From Candidatus Eiseniibacteriota bacterium (GTDB taxonomy: Bacteria > Eisenbacteria > RBG-16-71-46), in NCBI GenBank assembly GCA_963707915.1, contig OY970178.1, forward strand, positions 2,976,001 through 3,040,000: a stretch of 64,000 bases of DNA, written 5' to 3'. The notes beneath the pieces were generated by a model, which saw only the letters and a list, made by a program, of their open reading frames with translations, searched no databases and was not told where the DNA came from. The translations under genes were made by a program, and so were the position numbers. Positions 8,960 through 18,558 of this stretch are shown piece after piece; position 1 is the first letter of the stretch; each line of letters begins with the position of its first letter.

Positions 8960-9862
8960 ATGGCCAGTCAGCGCAGATCCGCAAGCCCCACCCGGTCCGC
9001 GAAGCCCACCCGGAAGACACCCGTGGCGAAGAAGAAGGCGGTGACCGTGCAGAAGAAGAAGGCGACCCCTGCGACCCGGAAGGCCACCCCCGTGGCGAAG
9101 AAGAAGGCGGTGACCGTGCAGAAGAAGAAGGCGACTCCCCCGACCCGGAAGCCCGCCCCGGCGGCGAAGAAGGCCGTGCCCAGGGGGAAGCCGACCGCCC
9201 CGGCGCCGAGGAAGGGCGCCGCCGCGGCCAGGAAGCCCGCCGCCCGGGCCGCCGCGCCGGCGGCGAAGGCCGTCAAGGCTCCGCCGCGCCGCATGAAGGC
9301 CGTGCCGCGGCCGCCCGCCCCGCACCCCACCGTGCGTCCGCTCGGCGTGCTGCCGGCGGATGCGCGCGCGCGCGGCGCCGAGCGTCCGGCGCACGCGCCC
9401 GCGGTCGCGCCCCGGGCCGCGGCCCTGCCCGCGCGACCCGCGAAGCCGGGGGCGAAGGCCCCGGGGCTGCAGCGCGTGACCGACAAGGACCTCAAGGAGC
9501 TCGAGCGGCTGCTGCTCGCGGAGCGGGGACGCGTGATGAAGGAGATGGGGCACCTGGAGAGCACGGTGCTCAAGGTGAACCCGCGCGAGAGCGCCGGCGA
9601 CCTCTCCGGCTACTCGTTCCACATGGCAGACGCCGGCACGGACGCCTACGAGCGCGAGAAGGCGTTCCAGTTCGCCTCGAACGAGGGACGGCTGCTGCTG
9701 GACCTGGACGAGGCACTGCGCCGGCTCTACCGTGGCGAGTACGGCAGCTGCGAGACGTGCGGCAACGCGATCGCCAAGGCGCGGCTCGAGGCGATGCCGA
9801 CCGCTCGGCTGTGCCGAGACTGCAAGGAGAAGGAGGAGCGGGAGAACCGCCCGCAGACGTGA
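8960..9862 (+). CDS. dksA: DksA/TraR C4 zinc-finger protein with long Lys/Ala/Pro-rich N-terminal extension
   Basis: HMADAGTD coiled-coil tip, YGSCETCG..I..ARLEAMP.ARLCRDC; GGAGG 7 nt before ATG 8960. Confidence 0.88.
   Translation: MASQRRSASPTRSAKPTRKTPVAKKKAVTVQKKKATPATRKATPVAKKKAVTVQKKKATPPTRKPAPAAKKAVPRGKPTAPAPRKGAAAARKPAARAAAPAAKAVKAPPRRMKAVPRPPAPHPTVRPLGVLPADARARGAERPAHAPAVAPRAAALPARPAKPGAKAPGLQRVTDKDLKELERLLLAERGRVMKEMGHLESTVLKVNPRESAGDLSGYSFHMADAGTDAYEREKAFQFASNEGRLLLDLDEALRRLYRGEYGSCETCGNAIAKARLEAMPTARLCRDCKEKEERENRPQT
9020..9135 (+). repeat. Intragenic direct repeat, 47 bp identical, period 69 bp
   Basis: CCCGTGGCGAAGAAGAAGGCGGTGACCGTGCAGAAGAAGAAGGCGAC at 9020 and 9089, encoding PVAKKKAVTVQKKKAT twice. 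Confidence 0.9.
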
Positions 9863-10458
9863 GACGCCTCCTTCCCTGGCTGGCGGCGCTGGTCGTCCTG
9901 GTCGTCGGGCTGGACCGGTGGACCAAGCACTGGGCCAGCACGACGCTGCCCTTCGGCCAGCCGATCCAGGTGTTGGGCGACTACCTGCGCCTCACCTACA
10001 CGCGCAACTCGGGCGTGGCCTTCGGCATCGGGCAGGGCACCGGCTTCCCGTACTACGTCTTCTCGCTGGTCGCCATCGTCGCGATCGTCTGGATGTTCCT
10101 GCGCGGCCGGGTGGGGCACGACCCGGTGCGCGGGGCCGCGCTCACGCTCATCCTGAGCGGCGCGGTCGGCAACCTCGTGGACCGCTTGACCAGCGGCGAG
10201 GTGGTGGACTTCATCGAGGTGGGGATCCCGCAGTGGCACTGGCCGATCTTCAACGTGGCGGACTCCGCGGTGACCGCGGGCGTGCTGCTCTTCGTGCTCT
10301 CCTGGTCGCGGGGGGGCGAGCCGGCGGTCGTGGCGGACGCCGCGGCGCCCGGCGCGGCGGGCGGCGATGAGCCGGCTCGACCTGGAGGTTCCGGCGTCGA
10401 GCGCGGGGGAGCGCCTGGACCGCTTCCTGGCGGCGGCGCAGAAGGACCTCTCCCGTAG
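9859..10458 (+). CDS. lspA: Lipoprotein signal peptidase II
   Basis: D.WTK, NSGVAFG, GAVGNLVDR, VVDFI, WPIFNVAD; GTG start overlaps the dksA stop (GTGA). Confidence 0.95.
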   Translation: MRRLLPWLAALVVLVVGLDRWTKHWASTTLPFGQPIQVLGDYLRLTYTRNSGVAFGIGQGTGFPYYVFSLVAIVAIVWMFLRGRVGHDPVRGAALTLILSGAVGNLVDRLTSGEVVDFIEVGIPQWHWPIFNVADSAVTAGVLLFVLSWSRGGEPAVVADAAAPGAAGGDEPARPGGSGVERGGAPGPLPGGGAEGPLP

Positions 10459-11347
10459 CCGCCTGCAGGCGCTGATCCGCGACGGCCGCGTGAAGGTCGA
10501 GGGCCGCGCGGCGCGCGCCTCGCAGCACCTGCGCGCGGGCGAGCGCGTGCTCGTCGAGTTGCCCGAGCCGCGCACGGTCGCGCTCCTGCCCGAGGCGATC
10601 CCGCTCGCCATCGTGCACGAGGACGCGCACCTGCTGGTGGTGGACAAGCCCGCCGGTCTCGTCGTCCACCCCGGTGCCGGGGTCGCGAGCGGCACGCTGG
10701 TGCACGCGCTGCTCCACCACGCGCCCGGGATCGCCGACGTCGGCGGCGCGGGCCGCCCGGGCATCGTCCATCGTCTCGACAAGCAGACCTCGGGGCTGAT
10801 GGTGGTGGCCAAGAGCGCCGCGGCCTACCGGGCGCTGGTCGAGATGCTGCGCGCGCGCACCGTGCGGCGGCGCTACCTGGCCATCGTCTGGGGCCTGCCG
10901 CGCGGCGCGAAGGGCACCATCGAGGGCGCCATCGGCCGCGATCCGCGGGAGCGCAAGCGCATGGCCGTGGTCGCCCGCGGGGGCAAGCCGGCGCGCACGC
11001 GCTGGCGGGTGCGCGAGCGGCTCGCGGGGGCCGCGCTGCTCGAGGTCGCTCTCGACACCGGGCGCACCCACCAGATCCGCGTGCACCTCGCCCACCTCGG
11101 CCACCCGGTGGCGGGCGACCCGCTCTACGGCGGACGCGGGAAGGCCCAGTTGAGCGGAACCGTGCAGGAGCGTAGTCTCCGCTCCGCCGTGCTCGAAGCG
11201 TTGTCGCGCCAGGCCCTCCACGCGACGGAACTCGAGTTTCCGCACCCCGTAACGGGAGAGCTGATGCGATTCCACTCGCCCCCGCCGGAAGACTTCGAAC
11301 GCGCGCTGGAGCTGCTGCGCACTTCCGCCAGCTCGAGGACGCGCTGA
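10367..11347 (+). CDS. rluD: RluA/RluD family pseudouridine synthase with S4 domain
   Basis: RLDRFL S4 domain, VDKPAGLVVHP, HRLDKQTSG, TGRTHQIRVH, QALHA. Confidence 0.94.
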   Translation: MSRLDLEVPASSAGERLDRFLAAAQKDLSRSRLQALIRDGRVKVEGRAARASQHLRAGERVLVELPEPRTVALLPEAIPLAIVHEDAHLLVVDKPAGLVVHPGAGVASGTLVHALLHHAPGIADVGGAGRPGIVHRLDKQTSGLMVVAKSAAAYRALVEMLRARTVRRRYLAIVWGLPRGAKGTIEGAIGRDPRERKRMAVVARGGKPARTRWRVRERLAGAALLEVALDTGRTHQIRVHLAHLGHPVAGDPLYGGRGKAQLSGTVQERSLRSAVLEALSRQALHATELEFPHPVTGELMRFHSPPPEDFERALELLRTSASSRTR

Positions 11348-11355
11348 GTCCCGAC

Positions 11356-11796
11356 ATGTCCGACGAACCGCACGCCCCCGAAGCCGTCCGCCTGACCATC
11401 CCGGGCCGGCTGGAACTCCTCGGCCTGTTCGACCGGGTGAGTTCGCTGCTGTGCGAGCGGGCGGGTTTCGGCGAGGACGCCTGCACGCAGGTGACGCTGT
11501 CGGTGATCGAGGCGGGCACGAACGCGGTCCAGCACGGCTCCCGAAGCGACCCCGCCAAGCTCGTCGAAGTGGTCTTCACCATGCACCCCGACCGGCTCGA
11601 GGTGACCGTGCACGACCAGGGCCCCGGCTTCTCGCTCGACGAGGTGGGCGGCGACGTCACGACGCCGGAGCGGCTGTTCGACGCGCGCGGGCGGGGCATC
11701 TTCATCATGCGCGCCTGCATGGACTCGGTGGACTTCACGTTCGACGGGTCCGGCACCACCTGCCGCCTCGTGAAGCGCCGCCCGTCCGGGAGCTGA
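11356..11796 (+). CDS. Anti-sigma factor / RsbW-like HATPase
   Basis: EAGTNAVQHG, VHDQGPGF, RGRGIFIM..CMD. Confidence 0.88.
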   Translation: MSDEPHAPEAVRLTIPGRLELLGLFDRVSSLLCERAGFGEDACTQVTLSVIEAGTNAVQHGSRSDPAKLVEVVFTMHPDRLEVTVHDQGPGFSLDEVGGDVTTPERLFDARGRGIFIMRACMDSVDFTFDGSGTTCRLVKRRPSGS

Positions 11797-11813
11797 GGGC
11801 GGAAGCCCGCGCC

Positions 11814-12251
11814 ATGCGCGTGCTGGCGGTGGACTGGGGCGAGCGCCGGATCGGGCTCGCGGTGAGCGACCCGCTCGAGGTGATCGCCACCGGCCTCGCG
11901 ACCCTGCGGGTGCGCAGCGCGGCCGAGGGCGTGCAGGAGGTGGTCCGGGTCGCGCGCGAGACCGGGGCCGGTGGCGTGGTGGTGGGACTGCCGCTGCTCA
12001 TGGGCGGCGGGCACGGCACGGCCGCCGCCGCGGCGCAGCGCTTCGCCGACCAGGTGCGCGAGCTGTGCGGGCTGCCGGTCGAGACCTACGACGAGCGCCT
12101 CACCTCGGTGGTCAGCGAGCGCCGGCTGCACGAGACCGGCGTGCGCGTCGGCCGCGCCAAGGAACGCGTGGACCAGGGCGCGGCGGTGGCGCTGCTCGAG
12201 TCCTACCTGGCCCGGCTCCGGTCGCGGCGCGCCCGCGGGGAGGCGCCGTGA
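11814..12251 (+). CDS. ruvX: RuvX/YqgF nuclease
   Basis: LAVDWGERRIGLAVSD, VVVGLP, DERLTS, VD..AA..LL. Confidence 0.95.
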   Translation: MRVLAVDWGERRIGLAVSDPLEVIATGLATLRVRSAAEGVQEVVRVARETGAGGVVVGLPLLMGGGHGTAAAAAQRFADQVRELCGLPVETYDERLTSVVSERRLHETGVRVGRAKERVDQGAAVALLESYLARLRSRRARGEAP

Positions 12252-13381
12252 GGGGGCCGCTGCTGCCCCGCCTGCCGCGCCCGCGCCTGCGCATCTTCCG
12301 GCCGCGGCGCTGGGCCCTGCTGCTGGTGCTGGCCGGGGCCCTGGTGGTGGCCGCCGACCTGTTCTTCCCTGCGGGCCTGTTCCCGCCGCACGAGCGTCGC
12401 GCCATCCTGGTCGAGCGCGGCGCGACGCTGGGCCAGGTGGCCGGCGAGTTGAAGCGCGTCGGATTGCTGCGCGGCACGCTCGGCTTCCAGGTGCTGGCGC
12501 GGCTCATGCGGCTCGACCGCCACATCCAGGCGGGGCAGTACGACTTCGCGCTCGGCACGCCGGTGTCCGGGCTGCTGCGCGCGCTGTCGACCGGCATGGG
12601 CGCGCTGAACCTCATCACCATCCCCGAGGGCCTCACGCTGCAGGAGACCGGCGCGCTGCTCGCGCGCCACCTGGGCGTGCCCGCGGCGGCGTTCGATTCG
12701 CTCGGGCACGACCCCGCGTTCTGCGACTCGGCGGGGGTGGAGGCCGCCTCGCTCGAAGGCTACCTGGGGCCCGACACCTACTCGTTCCTGCCGGGCACAC
12801 CGCCCGAGGTGGCGCTGCGCACGATGGTCGCGCGCCAGAAGGAGGTGCTGCGCCGCGCGGCGTCCGGGCGCGACTCGCTGCCGCTCGGCCTGTCGCTCCC
12901 GCAACTGCTGGTGCTCGCCTCGATCGTCGAGTCGGAGGCGCAGCGCCCCGCGGAGCGCGCGCGCATCGCGCGCGTCTACCTCAACCGGCTGGCGCGCGGC
13001 ATGAAGCTGCAGGCGGACCCGACCGTGGCCTACGGCCTGGGCATGACGCCGCGCTCGCGCCTCTTCCTCAAGAACCTGCGCAGCGCCTCGCCCTACAACA
13101 CCTACCTGCACGCGGGCCTTCCGCCGGGGCCGATTTGCAGCCCGGGCGCCGCGTCGATCGTGGCGGCGGTGAATCCCGTGCCCCCCGAGCCGGTGCTCTA
13201 CTTCGTGGCCCGCGGCGACGGCAGCCACCTGTTCGGGCGCAGCTACGAGGAGCACCTCGCGAACATCCGCGCCGCCCGCATGCAGCAGGCGGACGCCGCG
13301 GCGAGCGCCGAATCGCCGGCGGTGCTGGACTCGCTCCCGGCGAAGCCGGCGCCCTCCGGCGCGAGCCCCGCCCGGCGCTGA
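12248..13381 (+). CDS. mltG: Endolytic transglycosylase MltG
   Basis: N-terminal TM, TIPEG, LEGYL.PDTY, LASIVE.E, NRL..GMKLQADPT, SPYNTY...GLPPGPI. Confidence 0.95.
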   Translation: MRGPLLPRLPRPRLRIFRPRRWALLLVLAGALVVAADLFFPAGLFPPHERRAILVERGATLGQVAGELKRVGLLRGTLGFQVLARLMRLDRHIQAGQYDFALGTPVSGLLRALSTGMGALNLITIPEGLTLQETGALLARHLGVPAAAFDSLGHDPAFCDSAGVEAASLEGYLGPDTYSFLPGTPPEVALRTMVARQKEVLRRAASGRDSLPLGLSLPQLLVLASIVESEAQRPAERARIARVYLNRLARGMKLQADPTVAYGLGMTPRSRLFLKNLRSASPYNTYLHAGLPPGPICSPGAASIVAAVNPVPPEPVLYFVARGDGSHLFGRSYEEHLANIRAARMQQADAAASAESPAVLDSLPAKPAPSGASPARR

Positions 13382-13595
13382 TCCCGCGGGCAGCGCGGCG
13401 ATCGGCGGGAGCCGGCCGGGGAATCCGGGCCCTCTTCAGGCCCCGCCGGCCGGGCGTCCGGCCCCGCACCCTGCACGAGCTCCCGTTGCGAAATCGGGCC
13501 CGCTGCGTGCCCCGGGAGCGGCCCCGGGACGGTTCCCCGGGGGCTCGAACCCCCTAGCTCACTGCGGTGCAACGCGCCCGGCCGCAACCCGAAGG

Positions 13596-13612
13596 TGGCA
13601 CCGGGGTTGCAT
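13596..13612 (+). promoter_or_regulatory. Sigma54 (-24/-12) promoter of minor pilin cluster
   Basis: TGGCACCGGGGTTGCAT = TGGCAC-N5-TTGCA, about 45 nt before the first pilin ATG. Confidence 0.8.
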
Positions 13613-13655
13613 AGACCCGGGCGGGTAATCGTCTGTTCCCCTCTCGGAGACCCGC

Positions 13656-14135
13656 ATGGATTCGCGTGGCTTCAGTCTCATCGAGCTCATGATCGTCGTC
13701 GTGGTGGCCGGGCTGGTGCTCACCTTCGGGCTCCCGGCCTTCGGCACGTTCCGTGACGGCATGACCCTCGTCCAGGCCCGTGACCAGGTCACGCAGGACC
13801 TGCGCATGGCACGGCAGACCGCGGTCACCCGGCACTGCCCGGTCGTGGTCACGTTCGGCGACGGGGCGACCACCACGAACGTCCGCGACTACTCGGTCCT
13901 CTACGACACCAACGGTGACGGCGCGGCGTCGACCGGCGAGCGCAACGTCAACCGCCGGATGCCGAGCCGCACGCGGATGAGCCAGGTCTCCCTCATGCCC
14001 ACCAACAAGCTGACGTTCGACATGAGCGGGGTGCTCAAGCCGGGCACCGCGGGCGGCGAGCTGGTCTTCGCCAGCCCGCGCGGCCGGGTGGACACGGTGC
14101 TGGTCTCCGCGACCGGCGTGGTGTACCGGCCGTGA
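13656..14135 (+). CDS. FimT/GspH-like minor pilin
   Basis: Prepilin motif RG|FSLIELMIVVVV; L..AR..A and TF...G motifs. Confidence 0.85.
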   Translation: MDSRGFSLIELMIVVVVAGLVLTFGLPAFGTFRDGMTLVQARDQVTQDLRMARQTAVTRHCPVVVTFGDGATTTNVRDYSVLYDTNGDGAASTGERNVNRRMPSRTRMSQVSLMPTNKLTFDMSGVLKPGTAGGELVFASPRGRVDTVLVSATGVVYRP

Positions 14136-14569
14136 GCGCGCGCCCCGGCATCCGCAGGAGGGCCGCACGGCCCGCGCCCGGGCGCGCGGCGGGCTTCTCG
14201 CTGGTCGAGGTCATCATCGCGCTCGCGGTGTTCATGGTCGGGGCGCTCTCGCTCTCGGTGGTGATGCCGCTGGCGACCAAGCGCATCGTGGCCGCGTCCT
14301 CGCAGACCCGGGCCTCCGAGCTGTCGGCGGAGTGCGCCGAGCGCATCCTGGTCACGCCCTGGGACGACGGCGCGCTGGTCGACGGCACTCACGTCGACGC
14401 GACCAATCCCCACGACGGCGTCTACTACGTGAGCTGGGCGGTCCGGGACAGCATCCCGGTGCCGAACTGCAAGCGGGTCATCGTCAGCGTCAGCCGGCGC
14501 TCGGCCACCGCCGCCCCGCTGGCCCAGGTCACCGTCATCGTGCCCCGGGCCGGAGCGACGACGCCATGA
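14132..14569 (+). CDS. PilV/GspI-like minor pilin
   Basis: AG|FSLVEVIIAL; second in a translationally coupled cluster. Confidence 0.8.
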   Translation: MSARPGIRRRAARPAPGRAAGFSLVEVIIALAVFMVGALSLSVVMPLATKRIVAASSQTRASELSAECAERILVTPWDDGALVDGTHVDATNPHDGVYYVSWAVRDSIPVPNCKRVIVSVSRRSATAAPLAQVTVIVPRAGATTP

Positions 14570-15438
14570 CCCCCCGCCCCCGCGGCCGGGCCGCCGGCGC
14601 CAGCGGCTTCACCCTGATCGAGCTGATCATCGCCCTCTCGGTCATGGCCCTGGTGCTGATCGCGGTGTTCACGACCTTCTTCCGCTCGCAGCAGGTGAGC
14701 CAGACCATGTCCACCGCGGTGAACCTGCGCCAGGGCGTGCGCGGGGCGAACCAGTTGCTCGAGCGCGAGCTGCGCATGGCCGGATCGGGCTGGGGCCGCT
14801 GCACCGTGGACCACTACTCGGCCGGCGGGACGGACTCGGTCTTCGCGGTGAACTTCGGGCCGGGTGGCACGGCCGCGTGCGACTCGATCAGCATCATGGG
14901 GGGCTGGACCGCGGCGACCGTGCTGAACGCGGCGATGCCCACCGCGACCTCGAGCCTCCCGGTGGCCAGCGCGACGGGCTTCGCGGCCAACGACCTGGTG
15001 GTGGTCACGAACGGGTCGAGCGCGCACCTGTTCCAGGTCACGGACGTGCAGACCTCGCCGGCCGCGCTGACGATCGGCTCGGCCTCGTCCTTCAACCCGC
15101 CCACCGGCACGACGCTGATGAACTGGCCGGCCGGCGGCTACGCCACCGGGGCGCAGGTCTACCGGGTCTCGTGGGTGAGCTACGGGATCGACAGCACGAC
15201 CTTCCGCCGCACGGCGCTGGTGCGCCGCGAGTTCGGCGGCACGCCTCAGCTGGTCGCGTACGACGTGTCGGGGTTCCAGGTCCACTACCGCATGCAGGAC
15301 GGCACCACGACGCGGAGCCCGTCGGACTTCCACATGGTGGACGAGATCGTTCCGGTCATCTGGACGCGCCAGGCGGTTCGCGGCCGGGCGACGATGGTGG
15401 ACTCGGTGTGGGCGGTCGTGCGTCCACGGACCTTCTAG
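14566..15438 (+). CDS. PilW/GspJ-like minor pilin
   Basis: SG|FTLIELIIAL; LERELRMAG motif; ATG overlaps previous stop. Confidence 0.82.
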   Translation: MTPRPRGRAAGASGFTLIELIIALSVMALVLIAVFTTFFRSQQVSQTMSTAVNLRQGVRGANQLLERELRMAGSGWGRCTVDHYSAGGTDSVFAVNFGPGGTAACDSISIMGGWTAATVLNAAMPTATSSLPVASATGFAANDLVVVTNGSSAHLFQVTDVQTSPAALTIGSASSFNPPTGTTLMNWPAGGYATGAQVYRVSWVSYGIDSTTFRRTALVRREFGGTPQLVAYDVSGFQVHYRMQDGTTTRSPSDFHMVDEIVPVIWTRQAVRGRATMVDSVWAVVRPRTF

Positions 15439-15450
15439 AGGAGATCGCTC

Positions 15451-17100
15451 ATGGACCCCGTGACCCGCCCCGGTTGCGGCCGGCGTCAGCGCGGCTTCGC
15501 GCTGGTCGCCGCGCTGCTCGTGCTGATGCTGACCGCGATCCTCGCCATCACCTATTTCAGCATCACCACCGGGGAGCGGACGCAGTCTTCCAACGTGCAC
15601 GTGGCGCGCGCCTCGCTGTACGCGGCGGACGCCGGCGTGCGCGCGGTCGAGCAGGCCCTGGCCAACTACGGGAAGGCCAAGCTCGACAGCCTGGCGCTGA
15701 TCCAGAGCGGCACCAACCCGCTGATCTCGGTGGCGGGCCGGCTGACCTTCTTCCCGACGGGCGCGCTGCCGTCCATCAACTGCACCAACCCGGCCTTCAA
15801 CGCCAACGGCACGGTGACCTTCGTCGACGCCACCATCCAGGACACCGCCCAGACCTACAACTACCTGTTCACCATCAACTCGACCGGCACCCGCGGCGGG
15901 ATCGGACGGCGCATGGTCCAGAGCCAGGGCATCCTGCGGGTGAGCGCCTCGCGCGGCAGCTTCGCCGACTACCTGTTGTTCACCAACATCCACCTGATGG
16001 CGGACAACTCGCAGGTCTGGTTCAGCTCGACCACCAACTTCGACGGGCGCATGCACACCAACGGCGAGTACCGCTTCGCCTACAAGCCGACCTTCCAGGA
16101 CCTGGCGAGCAGCGTGAACTCGAAGGCCTGGTACTACAACGGCGGCGGCACCGCCAAGGAGCTGGCCGCGGACAAGAACGGCACCATCGACGTGCCCAAC
16201 TTCTACGGCGGCTTCAACCGCGGGGCGCCGAGCGTCACCCTGCCGGCGGACCCCTACAACCAGCAGAACGCCGCCCTGGGCCTGAGCCCGAGCAGCACCA
16301 CCGCGCCGACCACCGCGCAGATCCGCACCGCGCTGGGCATCACCAGCGGCAGCGGCGTGCCCAACGACGTCTACGTGCCGAACGACGGGAGCGCGCTCAC
16401 CGGTGGCATCTACGTGCAGGGCGACCTGACGCAGTGCTCCATGAAGGTGGACGCCGCCGGGAACCAGGTCTACCTGCTCAAGCAGGGCACGTCCACGGAC
16501 ACCGTGCGGGTGAACCACGCCGCGGGCACGACCACCTGGTACAACGCGGGCACCGGGACCAGCCACACCTACAGCGGCACGATGCGGGGCATCATGTTCA
16601 CCAACGGCGCGATCAGCGACCTGCGCGGCCCGGACCGCGTCAGCGGCGTGCCGCCGCCGGCGCTCGCCACCGACACGCAGATGCTGATCGCGAGCACCGG
16701 CGACATCGTGGTGCAGCGCGACGTCACCTGCAAGAACTTCGACACCAGCAGCAACGTGCTGGGGCTCTACACCAGCGGCGGCAGCGTGCGCATCGGCACC
16801 GGCGCGCCGAACGACATGAACCTGGACGCCTACGTCATGGCGACCGGCACGTCCGGGGCGTTGCAGGTGGACAACTACAACTCGGGCAGTCCGCGCGGGA
16901 CGTTCCACCTGCGCGGCGGCGCGGTCACCAAGTACTACGGCGCCTTCGGCACGATGAACACCAGCGGCGTGCAGCAGTCGGGCTTCAACCGGGACTTCCA
17001 CTACGACCGGCGCGGGCTGGTGCCGCCCTACTACCCGACCACGCCCCGCATGAACCCCGACGTGCCGACGGCACGCACGCTCTCCTGGAAGGAGATGTGA
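15451..17100 (+). CDS. PilX/GspK-like large minor pilin (DUF4900-like C-terminus)
   Basis: RG|FALVAAL lacking Glu5, A.YAADAG, FDGRMHTNG, C-terminal YDRR...PPY.P. Confidence 0.78.
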   Translation: MDPVTRPGCGRRQRGFALVAALLVLMLTAILAITYFSITTGERTQSSNVHVARASLYAADAGVRAVEQALANYGKAKLDSLALIQSGTNPLISVAGRLTFFPTGALPSINCTNPAFNANGTVTFVDATIQDTAQTYNYLFTINSTGTRGGIGRRMVQSQGILRVSASRGSFADYLLFTNIHLMADNSQVWFSSTTNFDGRMHTNGEYRFAYKPTFQDLASSVNSKAWYYNGGGTAKELAADKNGTIDVPNFYGGFNRGAPSVTLPADPYNQQNAALGLSPSSTTAPTTAQIRTALGITSGSGVPNDVYVPNDGSALTGGIYVQGDLTQCSMKVDAAGNQVYLLKQGTSTDTVRVNHAAGTTTWYNAGTGTSHTYSGTMRGIMFTNGAISDLRGPDRVSGVPPPALATDTQMLIASTGDIVVQRDVTCKNFDTSSNVLGLYTSGGSVRIGTGAPNDMNLDAYVMATGTSGALQVDNYNSGSPRGTFHLRGGAVTKYYGAFGTMNTSGVQQSGFNRDFHYDRRGLVPPYYPTTPRMNPDVPTARTLSWKEM

Positions 17101-17324
17101 TGAAGAAGCTCGGCGGACTCGACCCCTTCACGCTGGTCATGCTGGTCCTGGTCGTGCTGTGCGCGGGAGTGCTGGGCTACGAAGGCCTGAAGCGGCTGCA
17201 GCGGCCGGCCCCGCAGGCCACCACCCTGGCGAACGCGCCCGCGCCGGCCGACCCGTCCCCGGCGCCGCCGCCGGCCCCGGAACCGCAGCCGGCGCCGCAG
17301 CGCGGCGAGCGCATCAATATCTAG
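17100..17324 (+). CDS. Small membrane protein with Pro-rich tail
   Basis: ATG overlaps pilX stop; MKKLGGLDPFTLVMLVLVVLCAGVLGY followed by PAPADPSPAPPPAPEPQP. Confidence 0.65.
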   Translation: MKKLGGLDPFTLVMLVLVVLCAGVLGYEGLKRLQRPAPQATTLANAPAPADPSPAPPPAPEPQPAPQRGERINI

Positions 17325-17396
17325 GAGCGTGCTGCTCCCGGCCGTTCGGCCATCCCGCTTAGTCGCCACGGGGACGTGTGCTAGCCTCCGTTCCCC

Positions 17397-18272
17397 GTGG
17401 CGACTTCCCCTTTGACCCGGCATTCCGGCGACGCCCCCGATCCGCCCGCCCGCCCGCCCGGCGACCCGGCGTGGGCCGCGCGGCTCGAGCGCCTGCGCGA
17501 GTTGTTGCGCGGGCTCGGCAGCGTGGTCGTCGCCTACTCGGGCGGCGTGGACTCGAGCCTGCTGCTGCGCGTGGCGCACGAGACGCTGGGCGAGCGGGCG
17601 CTGGGGGTGATCGGGCGCTCCGATTCCTACGCGGCGCGCGAGCTGGAACTCGCCCGCGCGCAGGCGGCCTCGTTCGGCGCGCGGCTCGAGGTGGTGACCA
17701 CCGGCGAACTGGCCGACCCGGCCTTCCGGGCGAACCCGGCCGAGCGCTGTTATCACTGCAAGAGCGAGCTTTACCGGCAACTGGACGCCGTGGCGCGGCG
17801 CACGGGAGCGGTGATCGTGGACGGCACCATCGCCGACGACCTGTCCGACTGGCGGCCCGGCCGGCGCGCCGCGGCGGAGCGCGGCGTGCGCTCGCCGCTG
17901 GCCGAGCTGGGCTTCGTCAAGGCCGACGTGCGCGCCGCGGCCGCCCACTTCGGCCTCGCGAGCGCGGGCAAGCCGGCCTCGCCCTGCCTGGCCTCGCGCA
18001 TCCCGTACGGGACCGAGATCACGCGCGCGAGCCTCGCCATGATCGAGGGGGCCGAGGAGTTGCTGCGCTCCCTGGGCTTCGCCGAACTGCGCGTGCGGCA
18101 CCACGGCGACACCGCCCGCATCGAGGTCCCGCTCGCCGAGCTGGCGCGCTTCGCCGAGCCGGGCCTTCGCGAGCGCGTGGTCGGGGGGCTCAAGGCGCTG
18201 GGATACCGCACGATAACGCTTGACCTCGAGGGTTTCCGCTCGGGCAGCCTCAACCAGGTGCTGGGCGCCTGA
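17397..18272 (+). CDS. larE: LarE-family ATP-dependent sulfur transferase
   Basis: PP-loop AYSGGVDS, RCYHCK, DD..D.RPG, KP..PCLASRIPYG, RVRHHG, GFRSGS. Confidence 0.93.
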   Translation: MATSPLTRHSGDAPDPPARPPGDPAWAARLERLRELLRGLGSVVVAYSGGVDSSLLLRVAHETLGERALGVIGRSDSYAARELELARAQAASFGARLEVVTTGELADPAFRANPAERCYHCKSELYRQLDAVARRTGAVIVDGTIADDLSDWRPGRRAAAERGVRSPLAELGFVKADVRAAAAHFGLASAGKPASPCLASRIPYGTEITRASLAMIEGAEELLRSLGFAELRVRHHGDTARIEVPLAELARFAEPGLRERVVGGLKALGYRTITLDLEGFRSGSLNQVLGA

Positions 18273-18558
18273 TTGGGCCGGGGGCGCCGGGGGAGGACTC
18301 CCGGGCGCGGCCCGTCCGGGGACCGTTCCCGGGCCGCTTGCTTCGCGGGTCGGGACGTTGAGAATATCTGGAACCGCCGTGCCCTGTGCCCGTGTACTAC
18401 CCGTACGCCCCACAGAGGCGGCGGCACGAAATCGCGGTCTTCGCTGGGACCGTCGGTGCCCTGGGCCCTCAAGGCCCCGAAACGCCGATGCTCCCGGTCC
18501 GGCCGCCCGGTCCGAAGCGTCGGCATTCGTGTTTTCCGCCCGCAGCAGGAGGTCGTGG

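Noticed and set aside
9020..9135. CRISPR-like repeat pair
   Set aside because: Only two copies, in frame within dksA, no cas genes.
11356..11796. RsbW-like gene without sigma or anti-anti-sigma partner
   Set aside because: Orphan HATPase anti-sigma homologs in housekeeping runs are common; nothing further visible.
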